A program made the translations under genes and the position numbers. A DNA stretch of 64,000 bases from Wickerhamiella versatilis (lineage: Eukaryota). Shown here piece after piece: positions 1 through 12,400 of the stretch. The first letter of the stretch is position 1; each line of letters begins with the position of its first letter. Location: positions 1,736,001 through 1,800,000 of the forward strand of contig JAQOWU010000008.1 of NCBI GenBank assembly GCA_030867685.1. The letters are read 5' to 3'. Below the pieces are notes generated by a model that worked only from the letters and a program-made list of their open reading frames with translations, searched no databases and was not told where the DNA came from.

Positions 1-50
1 ATAATGCCAATAGCCAGAAAATGCCTGGCTGAGTAATAGTAAAGTTAGCA

Positions 51-653
51 ATGGCCAACGAGGTAGTCAAGTATAAACTTGTCTTTCTTGGCGACCAGAG
101 CGTGGGAAAGACGAGCTTGCTGTCGCGCTTCATGTATGACAGCTTTGACACCCAATATAAAGCTACTGTTGGCATTGATTTCATGTCTAAGACCATGTAC
201 CTTCCTGACCGGACGATTCGGCTTCAATTATGGGATACTGCAGGGCAAGAGCGGTTCAGAACACTCGTTCCAAGCTATATAAGGGATTCTAATGTGGCAG
301 TGGTGGTATATGACATTACAGATGCGAAGACGTTTGAGGCTGCCTCTAGGTGGATAGAGGACGTGCAAGCGGAGCGACAGGGACAGGCTCTGATCATGCT
401 GGTTGGAAACAAAACTGATATTGCAAATAAACGCGTTGTATCTGTTCAAGAGGGGGAGGAGAAGGCCAAAGCTGTAGGCGCGCTCTTCATGGAAACCAGT
501 GCAAAGGCAGGACACAACGTGAAACCGCTGTTCAAGAAGATAGCCACTGAGCTAGCTGGTATGGATGTACCTCAAGCATCTCGGCAAGCCGAGCCAGAGG
601 TGGTGGATGTGACATTAGATTCGCCGCAAGAGCGGGCCTCCTGCGCGTGCTAG
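51..653 (+). CDS. YPT6: Rab6-family small GTPase
   Basis: [10 protein letters not shown]-loop, YKATVGIDF effector loop, [19 protein letters not shown]-terminal CAC prenylation motif. Confidence 0.95.
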   Translation: MANEVVKYKLVFLGDQSVGKTSLLSRFMYDSFDTQYKATVGIDFMSKTMYLPDRTIRLQLWDTAGQERFRTLVPSYIRDSNVAVVVYDITDAKTFEAASRWIEDVQAERQGQALIMLVGNKTDIANKRVVSVQEGEEKAKAVGALFMETSAKAGHNVKPLFKKIATELAGMDVPQASRQAEPEVVDVTLDSPQERASCAC

Positions 654-1917
654 GATTATAGATACATACATATCATGCCAAGAAATTTGTTCGGAGCAAG
701 ACTGACCGTGTCAAAATAGTGCACCTAACAAGCAGACAAGACTAATTGGTCGAGTGGACGCTGGTGCATAGAGTGTGCTTTACGAGGTCGGTAGTTCGTG
801 TTTGAAACTATTTCATCACTATTAAGCTACCTGCACCGTGTATTCAAACGAAACAACCCCATTGAAAGGGGACTCCGTATCCTCTCATCGTATAGCAGGG
901 GGTGCTCTAAACCCGAGTGCAAGACTCCCGGAATTTGGAGGAACCATCCTAAAAAAGGTCACTAATACCAAAATACATCTCAGAGACCGCCAAAGGACCA
1001 CTTAATTTACCTGGTGTCAACGGTGGTGGCTCTTAGTGCTGAAGTGCCTGAAAGGTGCCGCACTGTCCTGGCTGCATGGATGAATTCCCCCTGCATGCCG
1101 ATGCACGATGAGGTAGAGAAGACTATATAATGGATAATTAGTTTCGAAAAAAATAACTACACGTAATAACACGATTGGGCAAACCAGAATACGGCATATA
1201 CCTGTTGCGTTATGCTGGTAACTCCAACCTCTGATCCTTAATTCTCGGCCATCGATACGGGCTACGGTTAGGGGTCGGCGTTTGGTGTTCACGTGTTCAA
1301 GAACAAAGGAAGTCAGGAGGGGCAGACTATCTCAAATTTTAAAGAATATAGAAATATTTAGCAACCGAGTCATAACCTACATATAGTTGCCTAACGGCCG
1401 AAGCTCGGTGGTGCATTTCGATGACTGAAATATAACCCTTGCCCAGTTATTCTGGCCCAAAATAGACTGGAAATTCGCGATCCTAATGTGAGCAGATATG
1501 CAGGGAATTATCGCATATTTCTCACTAAAACCTTTCGGTTATAACGAAAATTGAGTAAATCGGCCTTTTTCAGCCCTTCGCTCCCAGCTTCCAAGTTATT
1601 TGCCGGGACCTGCCGTGCCTGCAGGCGACACACCTTAAGGGTCGATGTACAATATGATGTCATGCAACGGTCAAAGATATTTTGACCATGCCCCCTGTAC
1701 TGACGAAAATAATAGTCGGTATTTACCGAAATCAAAGTGATCAAGGCGAATTTATGAAAAAAGATCGAGTAAGACACCCCTAGTCTATTTTCCGGATAAA
1801 ACAGGTCTCAACATGCATTTGTTAGTAATAAGGTCGTTGATCCCACGCTTTGAAATCGCGAACTCTAACTGAACTGCGTACTGTACCTACCCGTTCTGGG
1901 ATTAAGATTCGTACGTC

Positions 1918-2570
1918 ATGACCGTGGCTCCTGAAGTCGATATTAAAAAAACACCTCGTGCCCGGGGGGCGAAAGTGTTTCGTTGCACAGGATTTGGAAA
2001 CTGCAATATGGCCTTTTCACGCTCGGAGCACTTGGCACGACACATTCGAAAACATACCGGGGAGCGGCCGTTTCATTGTGATTGTGGACGGGCCTTTTCG
2101 CGGCTTGATAACTTGAGACAGCATATTCACACTGTTCATGCCCATTCTTCTGTCTCTACATACCATCAACCGGCCCCCCCATCGAGCCAACCAGTGCCTC
2201 CAACCCCAGCCGGTGATGCCGGACAGCATCCAGGCAGGGTATTTGTTGTTCCTTATCCAGTTCCTGTTACGGGGTACTGTGTATCTCAACCACCTTATTT
2301 CCCCCCATGTTCTATCCTCCACAAAATTGTGGGACAGTCGGTTTGCCCCCGTCCCAGAATGGTAGTGGAGCACCCCTTATGCCTGTCCCGCTTCCCCCGC
2401 AGTCGACTAATACCAAACCTATTGCACCTGTGGTTGAGCCTTTGCAGCCACCTGCTCTCCCCAACATTGTGAAGAAGGAAGTGCAAGACTTTGCCTCGAA
2501 TGATTCAACGAATGCGAAATTGCCAGGCATCCAGCAGATAATTCAGAACACTGGGCAATTTGCTTATTAG
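1918..2570 (+). CDS. USV1: Two-finger C2H2 transcription factor (Usv1/Rgm1/NsdC-like); frame interrupted near 2298-2306
   Basis: [49 protein letters not shown]; Pro-rich tail continues in the -1 frame (ORF 2307..2570) after TTTCCCCCC. Confidence 0.75.
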
Positions 2571-3050
2571 CTTTTTAATGTTTTTGACATTTTTTATTAG
2601 AAGAGTGATTCGATTCACCTCCCTTCCTCCCTCCCTCACCCGGCACGATTACTCACGAAGGTATTCTTCGAGGTCATATATATTCTAGTTTACGGGAATA
2701 ACATTGCGAAAAACTACATAATTATATTTTGAGCTGCTACCAGATAAATATCCAAAAAAAGTTTATAACCATTGACATTCCTACTAGCTAGTATAGCATA
2801 CCCCTGGAGGCCCTTACATTTTTTACATAATATCTCGAAACTCGCAGTTTCACCGGGAATTGCCAAAATGAAATAACAGAACCATATCCCCAATCTGAAC
2901 AGATCCAGAAACGGTTTAGTAACGAGATGCCCCACAAACCTACGCGGTATATCACGTGACACAACACACATTACGAATCCCGATTTAGTTCTTGCGCCCT
3001 TCCCGAAGCACATAACGTAATCACATTGGTTGACCCAACCATCTCCGTCG

Positions 3051-3389
3051 ATGTACAAATCTCCAGACAGTTCTTCAAGCGCAATCTACTTTTCGGAAAA
3101 CTCATATAGTCGACCGAGCTCTACTTCGCCGTCGTTCCTGGATGCTTATCCTCTTGCCTTCAAGCTCCGACAGGATGCGGGCAGGGCATTTTGCCCTGAG
3201 GACGATACCGAATTCTGCCCTGCCCTTGTGACAACCCCAGAAGTTAAGCAGCCGTCGGTAGTCGCTGAAATGTCTCCCACGATGCCGGGACTAGGACAAG
3301 CACCCACTTTCGGGCCGGTGCGTACTCGCAAAGTTTTGGACATAATCGATCCTGTCACAGGTGCGAAGATTGTGAGGAGCCCTCGTTAA
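3051..3389 (+). CDS. Small Ser/Pro-rich protein of unknown function (112 aa)
   Basis: ATG at 3051; coding-like composition between AT-rich spacers; motifs AFCPEDDTEFCP and VLDIIDPVTG. Confidence 0.6.
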   Translation: MYKSPDSSSSAIYFSENSYSRPSSTSPSFLDAYPLAFKLRQDAGRAFCPEDDTEFCPALVTTPEVKQPSVVAEMSPTMPGLGQAPTFGPVRTRKVLDIIDPVTGAKIVRSPR

Positions 3390-3541
3390 TGCGTAGGCGC
3401 CCTGCATAGATATTTATTGGGCCTAGACATTAGTCTTGTGGCCAATTATATATATTATAGTCGATATTTTCTTATCTTTTTGCTTAATCGTTTCTTGCCT
3501 TGCCCTTATCGGTTGCCAGGGGGATCTGGCTAATACAGGAT

Positions 3542-3570
3542 AGGTTTGAACAGGTTTAAACAGGTTTAAA
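3542..3570. repeat. Short tandem repeat, 10-nt unit x3
   Basis: aggtttgaac aggtttaaac aggtttaaa. Confidence 0.6.
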
Positions 3571-4156
3571 TAACTTAGTGCAGTTACCCTTGAGAATAAA
3601 AGAACTGATTTTGTTCAAAATAAGGCCATAATGCCTGTTTCTATTCAAAGTAAGTTCTGTTTACCTCCCAAGAGGGCTGCATGCGTGAAGAGGCTTGGGA
3701 CCCTTTTTATATACTTTGGACAAAGGAGCTTCAACTACTAGTGTTTTATTTGCAATATTTCTCGTAGTTTTGAGTACTTATTATAATGGTTATTTTTCCA
3801 ATCTCCAACCATTATCGCCTTTTATTCTTCAAGCAAATTTCTGCCGGGCTCACCATATGAGCCCACAAATTATATTCTCTGAAAGGAGCATGGATTTGAA
3901 AGAATATAGAAAGGCACCAACATTTATTTGGCTCTAATGAATACGTTGTGGGATATAACACGGTAGAAGGACATTGATGAAGTCCCTGTGCCTAAGAGCG
4001 ACTTATTGATATAGAAATTCCAGCATTTCAAGCTTCGATAATTCCGTTTCTATTTTTCTTCCATACGGTTTTCAAAATAACTTTTCGGGAACTATCTCGA
4101 AGTGATTACTACGTACTTAATAACAACTTGACAGTGGACACTAGTGGCAGAATGCA

Positions 4157-7100
4157 ATGGTGGACCGCGCACCAGTGGATATATGGCGCTGTCAAGACCT
4201 GAAGTTTATTGCGTACAAGCTATTCACTCCATCCTTCGGATTTTCCCGGGAGCTTCTTCTGCAAACGGAAACGGCAATCCTGAGTGAAGATTCTCGTAGG
4301 TTAGTGACCAGGACATCGAAGGGAATACTCACGTTTGATATTGTTAGGGAGGAGCCCCCAGAACCTCCATCCACTTTCAAAATGGTTCTGGCTAGAAAAG
4401 GTGTATTGAGACCACCTTTCATTGCCGATGCATATGACGATGATATCCTTCTCGGATTCGTCGCGGCACTGCAGCAAGCATGTTGCTGTCAAATTTTAAG
4501 AACAATCCCACAAAGCCTTTCTTTTCCACCTTCCTCAGTGCTGAATGGTGATCGGCTTGTCCATTGCCAGCCCACGGTTCAAGCTGGTGGAGAGCTCAAC
4601 CTTCGGCTTTATGAGGAAAAAACTGCCTTAAAGCCTTTCAGAATCGGCGATGACTATGGCATTGTTTGGCTTTTTCCTGGAGGAAGACCGGCGCGAGTTG
4701 TTGGAAGTTCACCTCCTATGCCAGGTCTTGCTCAAGTCTGGTGGATGTTTATGAAAGCTACAACATTCTATCAGGGAAATCTTGATGAGGTTGAGGTTTC
4801 CCGCTGGGTCCATGTTGCTTATGATGGACGCAATCTACTTTGGCCCCTAGCATTAACAAAGACGGCTATGCGGCCTCAGTTTGAGTGGAAGCCTTCTCCT
4901 CCACTACGGGAAGCAGTAGATAAAATACTTGTGGGTATTAAGAGACCAGCTGAGGAAGATTTGGCTACCAAACCCCCCATCAGATCATGGCAGCATTTGG
5001 TAGCTCCACCGCCTAGCCCACTGCCGAATTCCAGCCACATAGTTGCAGCATCTGTAGGAGCTCCTGCAGTGTCTGCACCACCTCGACAACCATTGACACC
5101 AGTAGGACTGCCGCCACAGTACCCGACCCCCGCATATCATTCCTCTCCAGATCATGACTACGATGAAAGCGATAGTTTGGACGTAGTGACAAATAACGAT
5201 TTTGACTTCTATGATCAACCACTTAATGATCAAACGATCAGTGATCAGCCACATGCAAACACATCGAAGCCAAGCCCTCCGCCGGTGAGTCCTCCAGCTG
5301 CTCCCGCTGTTGATCCAGAGAGCGGATCAGATGGAGGTCTTTATGCTGCACTACCATACGACAATCAAATGAGAAATATCGATTCTAAGTATCTTGAGGG
5401 TGGTAGATATCATATATCCTCTCCGGTGGATATGGAGCTAGATGCCATGGATGAGTCTAATTCATGCTCGGATACGTCAGAGTCCCAAAATGAGCGTGAT
5501 GAAAGAATACAAGTGGATGCTTTTGTTGGGAAGCCTCAGGCTGAGGAAATAAAGGTATTTTGCGAGGAATGGATGTCTGTCTTGTGGCCAACCACCCAGT
5601 CTCCCCAGGGCACGCCGGCGACCAGCTACACTCAAGAACTAATGGCTCAGATTGTTTGGGATGGTGGAATTCTGGGACCCGTAGCTAATGGAATAATGTT
5701 TGATGAGCCTGCAGTTAGAGCAAGTGACTCTATTGTCTCTGCGGTTGCCACTGTCTTGCCAGGCTTAAAAGCTAGTAATATCGAGGGCGATGAAACAATT
5801 GAGGCAAGACTCTTAAGCCCTCCTCTATATCTATTTCAGAGAGATGATACTCCGGTAAAAGCAAGAGCTTCTATATTGCAGTTCTGGAGAACATTTAGTC
5901 TGCAACCTTTTGATGGTGTCCGCGATATAACCTGTATCGTGCTCACGCTTGGGCGAGATGGCGAAGCACAAGATTTCGCATCACAGCTTAAATCTAGTTA
6001 TGAGGCTTGTGGGCTCGGGAGACTTGAGTTACCCACCTGCAAAGGCTCAGAATTGCGCGGTGGTGTGTTTGAAATTGTTGCTGATATCCTTCATTCACGT
6101 TCTAGTGGTATTGTTGACAGTTTTGAGGTTGGATGCAGCATTCTCCGCCGTCTTCTGGCAGATAATCTCGACAGTGGTAGCAATTTGTTACTTTTTATGG
6201 CAATTCCTCCCAGGGGATTGGACAGGATGCCGCTGCAACCTTTGAGTCGTGGCTTCCAAACTTTGATGAGTACTTTTATGAACGCTAGATGGTTTCTAAC
6301 CACGAACGAGGTGTTTGAAATGCCTTCCCAACTCTCGCTTGATCGACTTTCTATGCTTATTTATGATCGATGGGATGCTCGACTTAATTTGAACAGCGAC
6401 AATTCAAAAGAGCAGAAAACTTCAGTTTTCCATCTTGCTCATTTAGCTCCAAAAATGATTAGTTTGAAGTATACACCCACTCCTCCCGCTCAAGTTGTAA
6501 AGGAAGCACCTGTTGTTCACATTGCCTATGCATTCTCCTCTGACAAAAGGTGGGTAGCGGTGGCATGGACAGACCCATGGGCAACAAATACCAAGATTGA
6601 GGCATTTCGAGTGGGCTTGTCTCATTCCGGAGCAGCATCACGGACTCGTGCGAACTCCCCTACATTTAATTATTCGGGCAAGTCGTCATTTTTTGAAACT
6701 ACTGCTGGAGATATTGCACGTATAACATCAAAGATTTTCATGGAACAGGCGTCCAGTGTCATAATAACGAAATGTGGGTCTATGGATCCTAGTGAGTTGT
6801 TAGAGTGGAAAAAAGTTTTCTCGAATGTTTCAGTCCTGCAATTACCCCACCCAAGGGGTCTCCTTTTAGCAAATATCGAAAAAAAGAGGAAAAATTTGGA
6901 GCAACCTCATAGTGACAGTGTTGTGGTGAGAGTGGATGAGGAGATGCATGGAGAAGTACACGATAATTATGCCATATTGTCAAGAGGTGAGCTACAGTTG
7001 GAAATAGACTGGCTATTTGGCAATAAGAAAGACTTGGGGCCTTCAATGGCTCAGTTTAGGCGACTTGCGAGTTGGTCAGTAGCAACAGGAATAACTTCCA

Positions 7101-7165
7101 GTCCCATTCTTCCGTGGCATGTTGCGGCCGTCAACAAAATGTCAGCAGCCTTGATAGCATTGTAA
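4157..7165 (+). CDS. SSN2: Mediator kinase-module subunit Med13
   Basis: 1002 aa; ILQFWRTFSLQP, VHIAYAFSSDKRWVAVAWTD and terminal LPWHVAAVNKM typical of Med13. Confidence 0.85.
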   Translation: MVDRAPVDIWRCQDLKFIAYKLFTPSFGFSRELLLQTETAILSEDSRRLVTRTSKGILTFDIVREEPPEPPSTFKMVLARKGVLRPPFIADAYDDDILLGFVAALQQACCCQILRTIPQSLSFPPSSVLNGDRLVHCQPTVQAGGELNLRLYEEKTALKPFRIGDDYGIVWLFPGGRPARVVGSSPPMPGLAQVWWMFMKATTFYQGNLDEVEVSRWVHVAYDGRNLLWPLALTKTAMRPQFEWKPSPPLREAVDKILVGIKRPAEEDLATKPPIRSWQHLVAPPPSPLPNSSHIVAASVGAPAVSAPPRQPLTPVGLPPQYPTPAYHSSPDHDYDESDSLDVVTNNDFDFYDQPLNDQTISDQPHANTSKPSPPPVSPPAAPAVDPESGSDGGLYAALPYDNQMRNIDSKYLEGGRYHISSPVDMELDAMDESNSCSDTSESQNERDERIQVDAFVGKPQAEEIKVFCEEWMSVLWPTTQSPQGTPATSYTQELMAQIVWDGGILGPVANGIMFDEPAVRASDSIVSAVATVLPGLKASNIEGDETIEARLLSPPLYLFQRDDTPVKARASILQFWRTFSLQPFDGVRDITCIVLTLGRDGEAQDFASQLKSSYEACGLGRLELPTCKGSELRGGVFEIVADILHSRSSGIVDSFEVGCSILRRLLADNLDSGSNLLLFMAIPPRGLDRMPLQPLSRGFQTLMSTFMNARWFLTTNEVFEMPSQLSLDRLSMLIYDRWDARLNLNSDNSKEQKTSVFHLAHLAPKMISLKYTPTPPAQVVKEAPVVHIAYAFSSDKRWVAVAWTDPWATNTKIEAFRVGLSHSGAASRTRANSPTFNYSGKSSFFETTAGDIARITSKIFMEQASSVIITKCGSMDPSELLEWKKVFSNVSVLQLPHPRGLLLANIEKKRKNLEQPHSDSVVVRVDEEMHGEVHDNYAILSRGELQLEIDWLFGNKKDLGPSMAQFRRLASWSVATGITSSPILPWHVAAVNKMSAALIAL

Positions 7166-7596
7166 ATCCCATCTGCTATCCACGTTTAAAAAAAACTCTT
7201 TTAAAGCCCAAAAATTCTAAAACTGATGTTGAAGAAAATGATGAGCTATAGAAAAGAGTCATGATAACTCCACGCAAAAGTTTCACTGAACAGACTAGTA
7301 ATTCATACGAGCACCTCAGCTCTTCTTAATTGCATGATAATTCAAGTTTATATACCTATATTCGCTCTAAGCTACTTATTAGGGTGAAAATCCAGAGAAA
7401 CGTACAACAAAGTTGATTTAGAAAGTATTTCGTATAACAGGAACAATAAGCACGAATACTACTGACAGATAATCATCTGAGTGCCAGTGTTATAGTTCGC
7501 TGGAACAGGTGTCTCTGGTAAAACCTGTATAGTTCCCAAAAAAAAATATCGGTTCGTCACAACATTTATGTGCTAAAGTATTAGAAGCGCTCATAA

Positions 7597-9021
7597 CTAA
7601 TCAGATAATGCAGAGGCCGCTATATTCTGCTGTTGCTGTTGTTGTAGCTGTTGCTGCTGGAGCGACATCCGCCTTTCGTGCTTACCTTTTCGCATTTCTT
7701 CCTTCAACTGATGGGAATCTAGCGGCTTCAGCAGTTCAAAAGAGCACAAGAGTTCTTCACTGACTGACATTGCAGCCCCCCAGTTGTCAAACTCACCACA
7801 GTAATTGGGTGCACTAAATACGGTCACCAGGGAACGATCATTGAAGAACTCGTATCCGTCTTCTACAACCATATGTGCACGACAGACTAAGTCAAACCCA
7901 AATTTTGCGAGGAACTTATTTATAGCGGTCTTGTTATAACAATAAGAAACGCCCCTCTCATTATCTTCCCACTCGTTGGGGCCATCTGTGGGATCTGACC
8001 ATAACAAGTCATTCAGCAGTCCATATTCTGGGACATCAGTTGGACGCTCTATAGCTCTTATTTCATTCAAATTTGTCAAAGAGGGCGATAAACCCCCATG
8101 AACACAGAAAATCTTCTGTGCCACGATAGCGACGATCGGCAAGGTATTAAATGTATCAATTAATGCTCTCCACGCCTTGATAGATGAACGTCTCTTACAC
8201 TCGTCATAGAATCCATAAATTCTGGTTACTCCCGCGCATTCGTGGTTGCCTCTCAGTATGAAAAAATTCTCCGGATACTTAATTTTGAAACATAGCAATA
8301 ACATAATGGTCTCGAGACTCTGCTTTCCACGATCGACGTAATCTCCCAAAAATAAATAATTTGACTGAGGAGGGAAGCCACAGGTATCAAAAAGTCTAAG
8401 AAGATCCCCAAATTGCCCGTGAACATCACCGACAACCTTCACAGGAGGGCTGAGCTCAAGCATTGTGGGTTGAGCCATAAATATGTCTCGTGCAGCCATA
8501 CAGATTGCATTTATCTCCGCATGTTTAAGGCAAAAATTCCTTTGTGTCTTCCCACTGTAGCCTGCATCAAGAAGTAACTGGATGGTGTCATCAATATTTA
8601 CGGTTGTATCCCCAGAACCTGCAACAAGCTGCGTAACAGGTGCAGTTCGTGGCGAAGCGCCAAACGGTAATTCTTTTTGGAGGTTCATATCATCCGTAGT
8701 CGCATTATCTGCCCCGGGGGCAGGATTGCTCTCTCTTCGAACAAGTATGGGATCTCCAGGTTGAGAGACCTGTAAACTGGGTACATCTACTTGAGGAGAG
8801 CTTTGAGTCCCTACTGATGAAGCCTGTGCCTCAGGATATGCAGGCGTCGGCTGGTTTGTTGGTGTCGGCACTGGTCGTTCAGTGTCGGCGCTATGCATGG
8901 AATGTCGTGAACGTGAGCTACGCAAGGAGCGTGAGCTCCTACCCGATGTCTGAGTGTCTGTGCGCAAAAATGGTGGCGGGTTCAAGTTCTCCCGCTTGCT
9001 CTTGCTTCCGTTCTGCCCCAT
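7597..9021 (-). CDS. PPZ1: Ser/Thr protein phosphatase Z
   Basis: N-terminal MG myristoylation start and Ser/Arg-rich leader; [31 protein letters not shown]; poly-Q tail. Confidence 0.93.
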   Translation of the reverse strand: MGQNGSKSKRENLNPPPFLRTDTQTSGRSSRSLRSSRSRHSMHSADTERPVPTPTNQPTPAYPEAQASSVGTQSSPQVDVPSLQVSQPGDPILVRRESNPAPGADNATTDDMNLQKELPFGASPRTAPVTQLVAGSGDTTVNIDDTIQLLLDAGYSGKTQRNFCLKHAEINAICMAARDIFMAQPTMLELSPPVKVVGDVHGQFGDLLRLFDTCGFPPQSNYLFLGDYVDRGKQSLETIMLLLCFKIKYPENFFILRGNHECAGVTRIYGFYDECKRRSSIKAWRALIDTFNTLPIVAIVAQKIFCVHGGLSPSLTNLNEIRAIERPTDVPEYGLLNDLLWSDPTDGPNEWEDNERGVSYCYNKTAINKFLAKFGFDLVCRAHMVVEDGYEFFNDRSLVTVFSAPNYCGEFDNWGAAMSVSEELLCSFELLKPLDSHQLKEEMRKGKHERRMSLQQQQLQQQQQQNIAASALSD

Positions 9022-9478
9022 CTGGAAGAACTATCGCGGTCTAGTTTACTAATCAACAACTTCGACATCTCATTGCTACGGACGACTGGACCAATCGAGG
9101 CCACAAACTATTAAAACATTTACGGTAAACCTACAGATAACCTGGCGAGCTTATATTGGCTTAGTCTCGTCAACTTCCTTAGTCTGATCAACCCTTACCC
9201 GAAGAAGTCCTAATTTGAAGCTGCATCTCCCAAATGTTAGCTTTTAAAAAAATCAATACTCTTTTAATGACTTCAATATTTTGCCTGATAATGACATAAA
9301 ATTGTTTATCATCTTGCTAAAGAATATGTTTAGTTCTAGGGCTCTATGAATGAAGCCTATCGGACGTATATAGGGGTCACAGGAGTGAGTTACGCCAACT
9401 GAAAATCAAGAAACTAACGCTCAAAAAAAAACCAATTTGGTTTGTTCAACCGCGATTCTTTAGTAATTTGTCATCTTA

Positions 9479-12400
9479 ATGGGTTACGAAGAGGTCCTTC
9501 AGTCACTGGCGCAGTCCCGTCAGGCCTGGCTGAGGGAACCCGATCTAACCCGCAAGTCACAAATGTACCAAAATTATGCGATGGATACGGCTAATTTTCT
9601 TACAGGAGATGAATTTGGTCCTCAGGCGCATCATTGGTTTTGTGACAAATCTACGCGACTATATGCACTGGATTCATTAATAGCTTTGTCTTATAGTCCA
9701 CAAAGTGAGACAATGAAGTCCATAGAACTATACAAAAATTCTCTTTCCTCCATGCTAGGAGCTTGTGCTGATTGCGCATTGGCATATGAGCGTGGAAAAA
9801 AAGAATTAGTATCTCAAACACTATCTTGCGAACTTCAACTAAACCAGAATGGGTTGCGTGCTTTTTACGTATGCTTAACCAAGGTGACCGGGCGCGTTTG
9901 GTCGAGAGCGTTAAAGATCCAGCCTTACGTTTAAATGCAGTCATGGAGATTGTCGAGAATTTTTCATGTTATACCATGACTTCTTTTTTGCAAGAAACTC
10001 TGGAAAAAAGTTATATGCATCAATTAATACCATTAATGCGTCCTGCAGCGCCTGGCTACATATCCCTTTTATTTAATACATGGGATTCTACCCTTCGTCA
10101 GCTCGTACTTTCCAAACTCGATTCTAATGCCCTTGTTAATGCTTGGGATGAGTCTCCTGATATATATGAGGCTACTTTGAATAATTCGCTCAACAAAAAT
10201 ATACATGCCTCGGCATTAGCTGATTTTGCGTGGTATAATGCCGCTCTTTTGGTGCAATTACTGAAAAATGGCAGAAAAGACCTAGGAATGTTGGTTTATG
10301 ACAATATTTCGGGACGTGTAGCCACATCTAGCGAAATGGTTGGTTTTGGATTACACTTTTTGCTTGCTCAAGGTTCACCATCATCTGATGCCATAGAAAA
10401 AGTGTTGAGCGTACCATTGCAAGCTAAATCTATATTCAAGAATGCACCAGAGGTAGCTAAGCTTGACAAAAATTATTCATTATTGGATGCGAGCTGCGTC
10501 GTTTCTTGGGTTCAGCGCCAAGATGAAATGGGCCCTGCGGAATATGTTCTATCACTTGAACGTGACTGCTTTCTTTCAAATGAGAGCTATGATAATGCAG
10601 CCACATCAATTATTGGTCTTTGTGCACGCTTAATTCGTTCGAAAAATTCAAAACTGCAAGAGAAGGCCTTTAATACCACCTTGAAATATAGTAAACGCAT
10701 ATTGGAATCAATCAGTGGAAAAGATGAAGCTGTTGCCAATGATATTGCTGTTTTGGTCTCCTACCAAGTTATGCTAAGTATTGATTCGCCAGAAACTGAC
10801 GTAGCAAGAAGTGACTTCAGTTTCTGGGAGCTCGAAATTAGACAGACACAACATGGTTCAGATGGAACGCTATTTGTACCATATCTCTTGGAGATTCTAG
10901 CAAATGTTGGTGAAGCAGCTTTAGCGTTTGGTACGCAACCAAATAAGACGCAAGAAAGCATCCAGTTGCTCCTGGAATCTATGGTAGACCGGATGAATAC
11001 TGCAGAACAAGCAGAAGTTGTTCTAAATCCTCGAATATGGCCCACATTAGTTCTTCTGGCCATGTCCCCATTGCGTAACTTGGCTCTAGCCTCAGCCGAT
11101 GTCTTGATTGAGCCATTTTCAGCTGAAAACAATTCAGCTGAAGCGTTAAGATTCTGCCTTGAAAAGAATCCAAAGCTGGTAGTCTCGACACTCATCCAAA
11201 TCTTGGAAAAGTCTATGGATCCAAGCCGCTTTGAAATGTTTAACCAGATACTTCGGTATGCAGCAGCTCTTCGCGATACTCTGTACGACCCATTGATCAC
11301 ACTTGATTCTTCTGTCAAAGAGGCTCTCAACAATAGTGGACTATTGCTAAGGCTCTGGGAAGCTAGTTGGGAATTTATCTCCTTCATTGTTGCCAATGTC
11401 CGAGCCTGGGGAGGAGCACACAGTATACATGCAATGAAATCTTTGCTCTTTGCTGTACTCGACTACTCTCAAGGACTATTGGATCGGTTTAGACTGGTTG
11501 AGGCTGATCTTCCAATGGCCCAAGATAATGGTGCTAAACTCGTCAAGCCTGTACTGCAAACAACAGGAAGTATGGGTGGTCTATTAGCTCTTTCAGTAAC
11601 AGAGCTCTTGGATCGGGCACACTGTATCATGGTAAGCCTCACCAAGTTGATGATATCGTTCAAGATTCCGATACCTGAGAGCCAAATAGAGAGATTCAAG
11701 CGCCTGGCAAGTGGCAAGGATAAGAGCAAGTTGACCCAGGATCAACTCAGCGAATTGTTATCATCTACTCAGCTCTTCAAAGAGTCTGAGATAGAATCCA
11801 TTCTGGCCAGGAAGACTCAAACCTCATCTCCCTTCAGTTCTGCTTCTTCGCCTGCTCTTTCCTCTACTCACTCTGCCACACTTCCCTCTACACTTCCCTC
11901 TAGAAAGGAATTCCAGCAGCATAGAAATGTGGGCCAATCGCAATTAGATGCTTTTTTCAAGCAAACGAAAACAATTCCTCGGCCACCGTTGCCCAAGGTT
12001 AACTCTAAAGGGGTGATACCTAGTGCACCGCAGAAACAGTCAAAGATGGAAGAGCTCAAGCAAAGAATGCAAATACACCATCATCCGGCATCGATTGATG
12101 AACCAGTTGAGGTGCACCCGGCACGTCCAGCTGGATTTAATTCCAAGAGGACTAGTGAACAGCAGGCCCCTCCTACGCATCGACATACTAAGCCACAAGT
12201 GCAACCAGAAGACGAAAGCTCAGGTGATGAAGAAGATGATGATGAAGAATCTGGGCTTCACGTTCTGGGTCGTAAGATCCGCAATTTTGAACGAACCAAT
12301 AGAACTGCGCCTGGCCTTGCTGGCCGACCAGGAAGGCCACCTCTACAATTAACAAGGGACCAGGAAATGGTTAGAATGCGCCTTCGACTTTCTATTGAAC

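Noticed and set aside
855-1110. Small hairpins and a U1-like ATTTACCTGG in the long spacer after YPT6
   Set aside because: No tRNA T-loop and no U1 loop I/II, U6, RNase P or MRP signature; I cannot support an ncRNA without a covariance search.
7238-7289. Box C (ATGATGA) and box D (CTGA) pair suggesting a snoRNA
   Set aside because: Only about 52 nt, with no terminal stem and at most 8 nt of rRNA complementarity.
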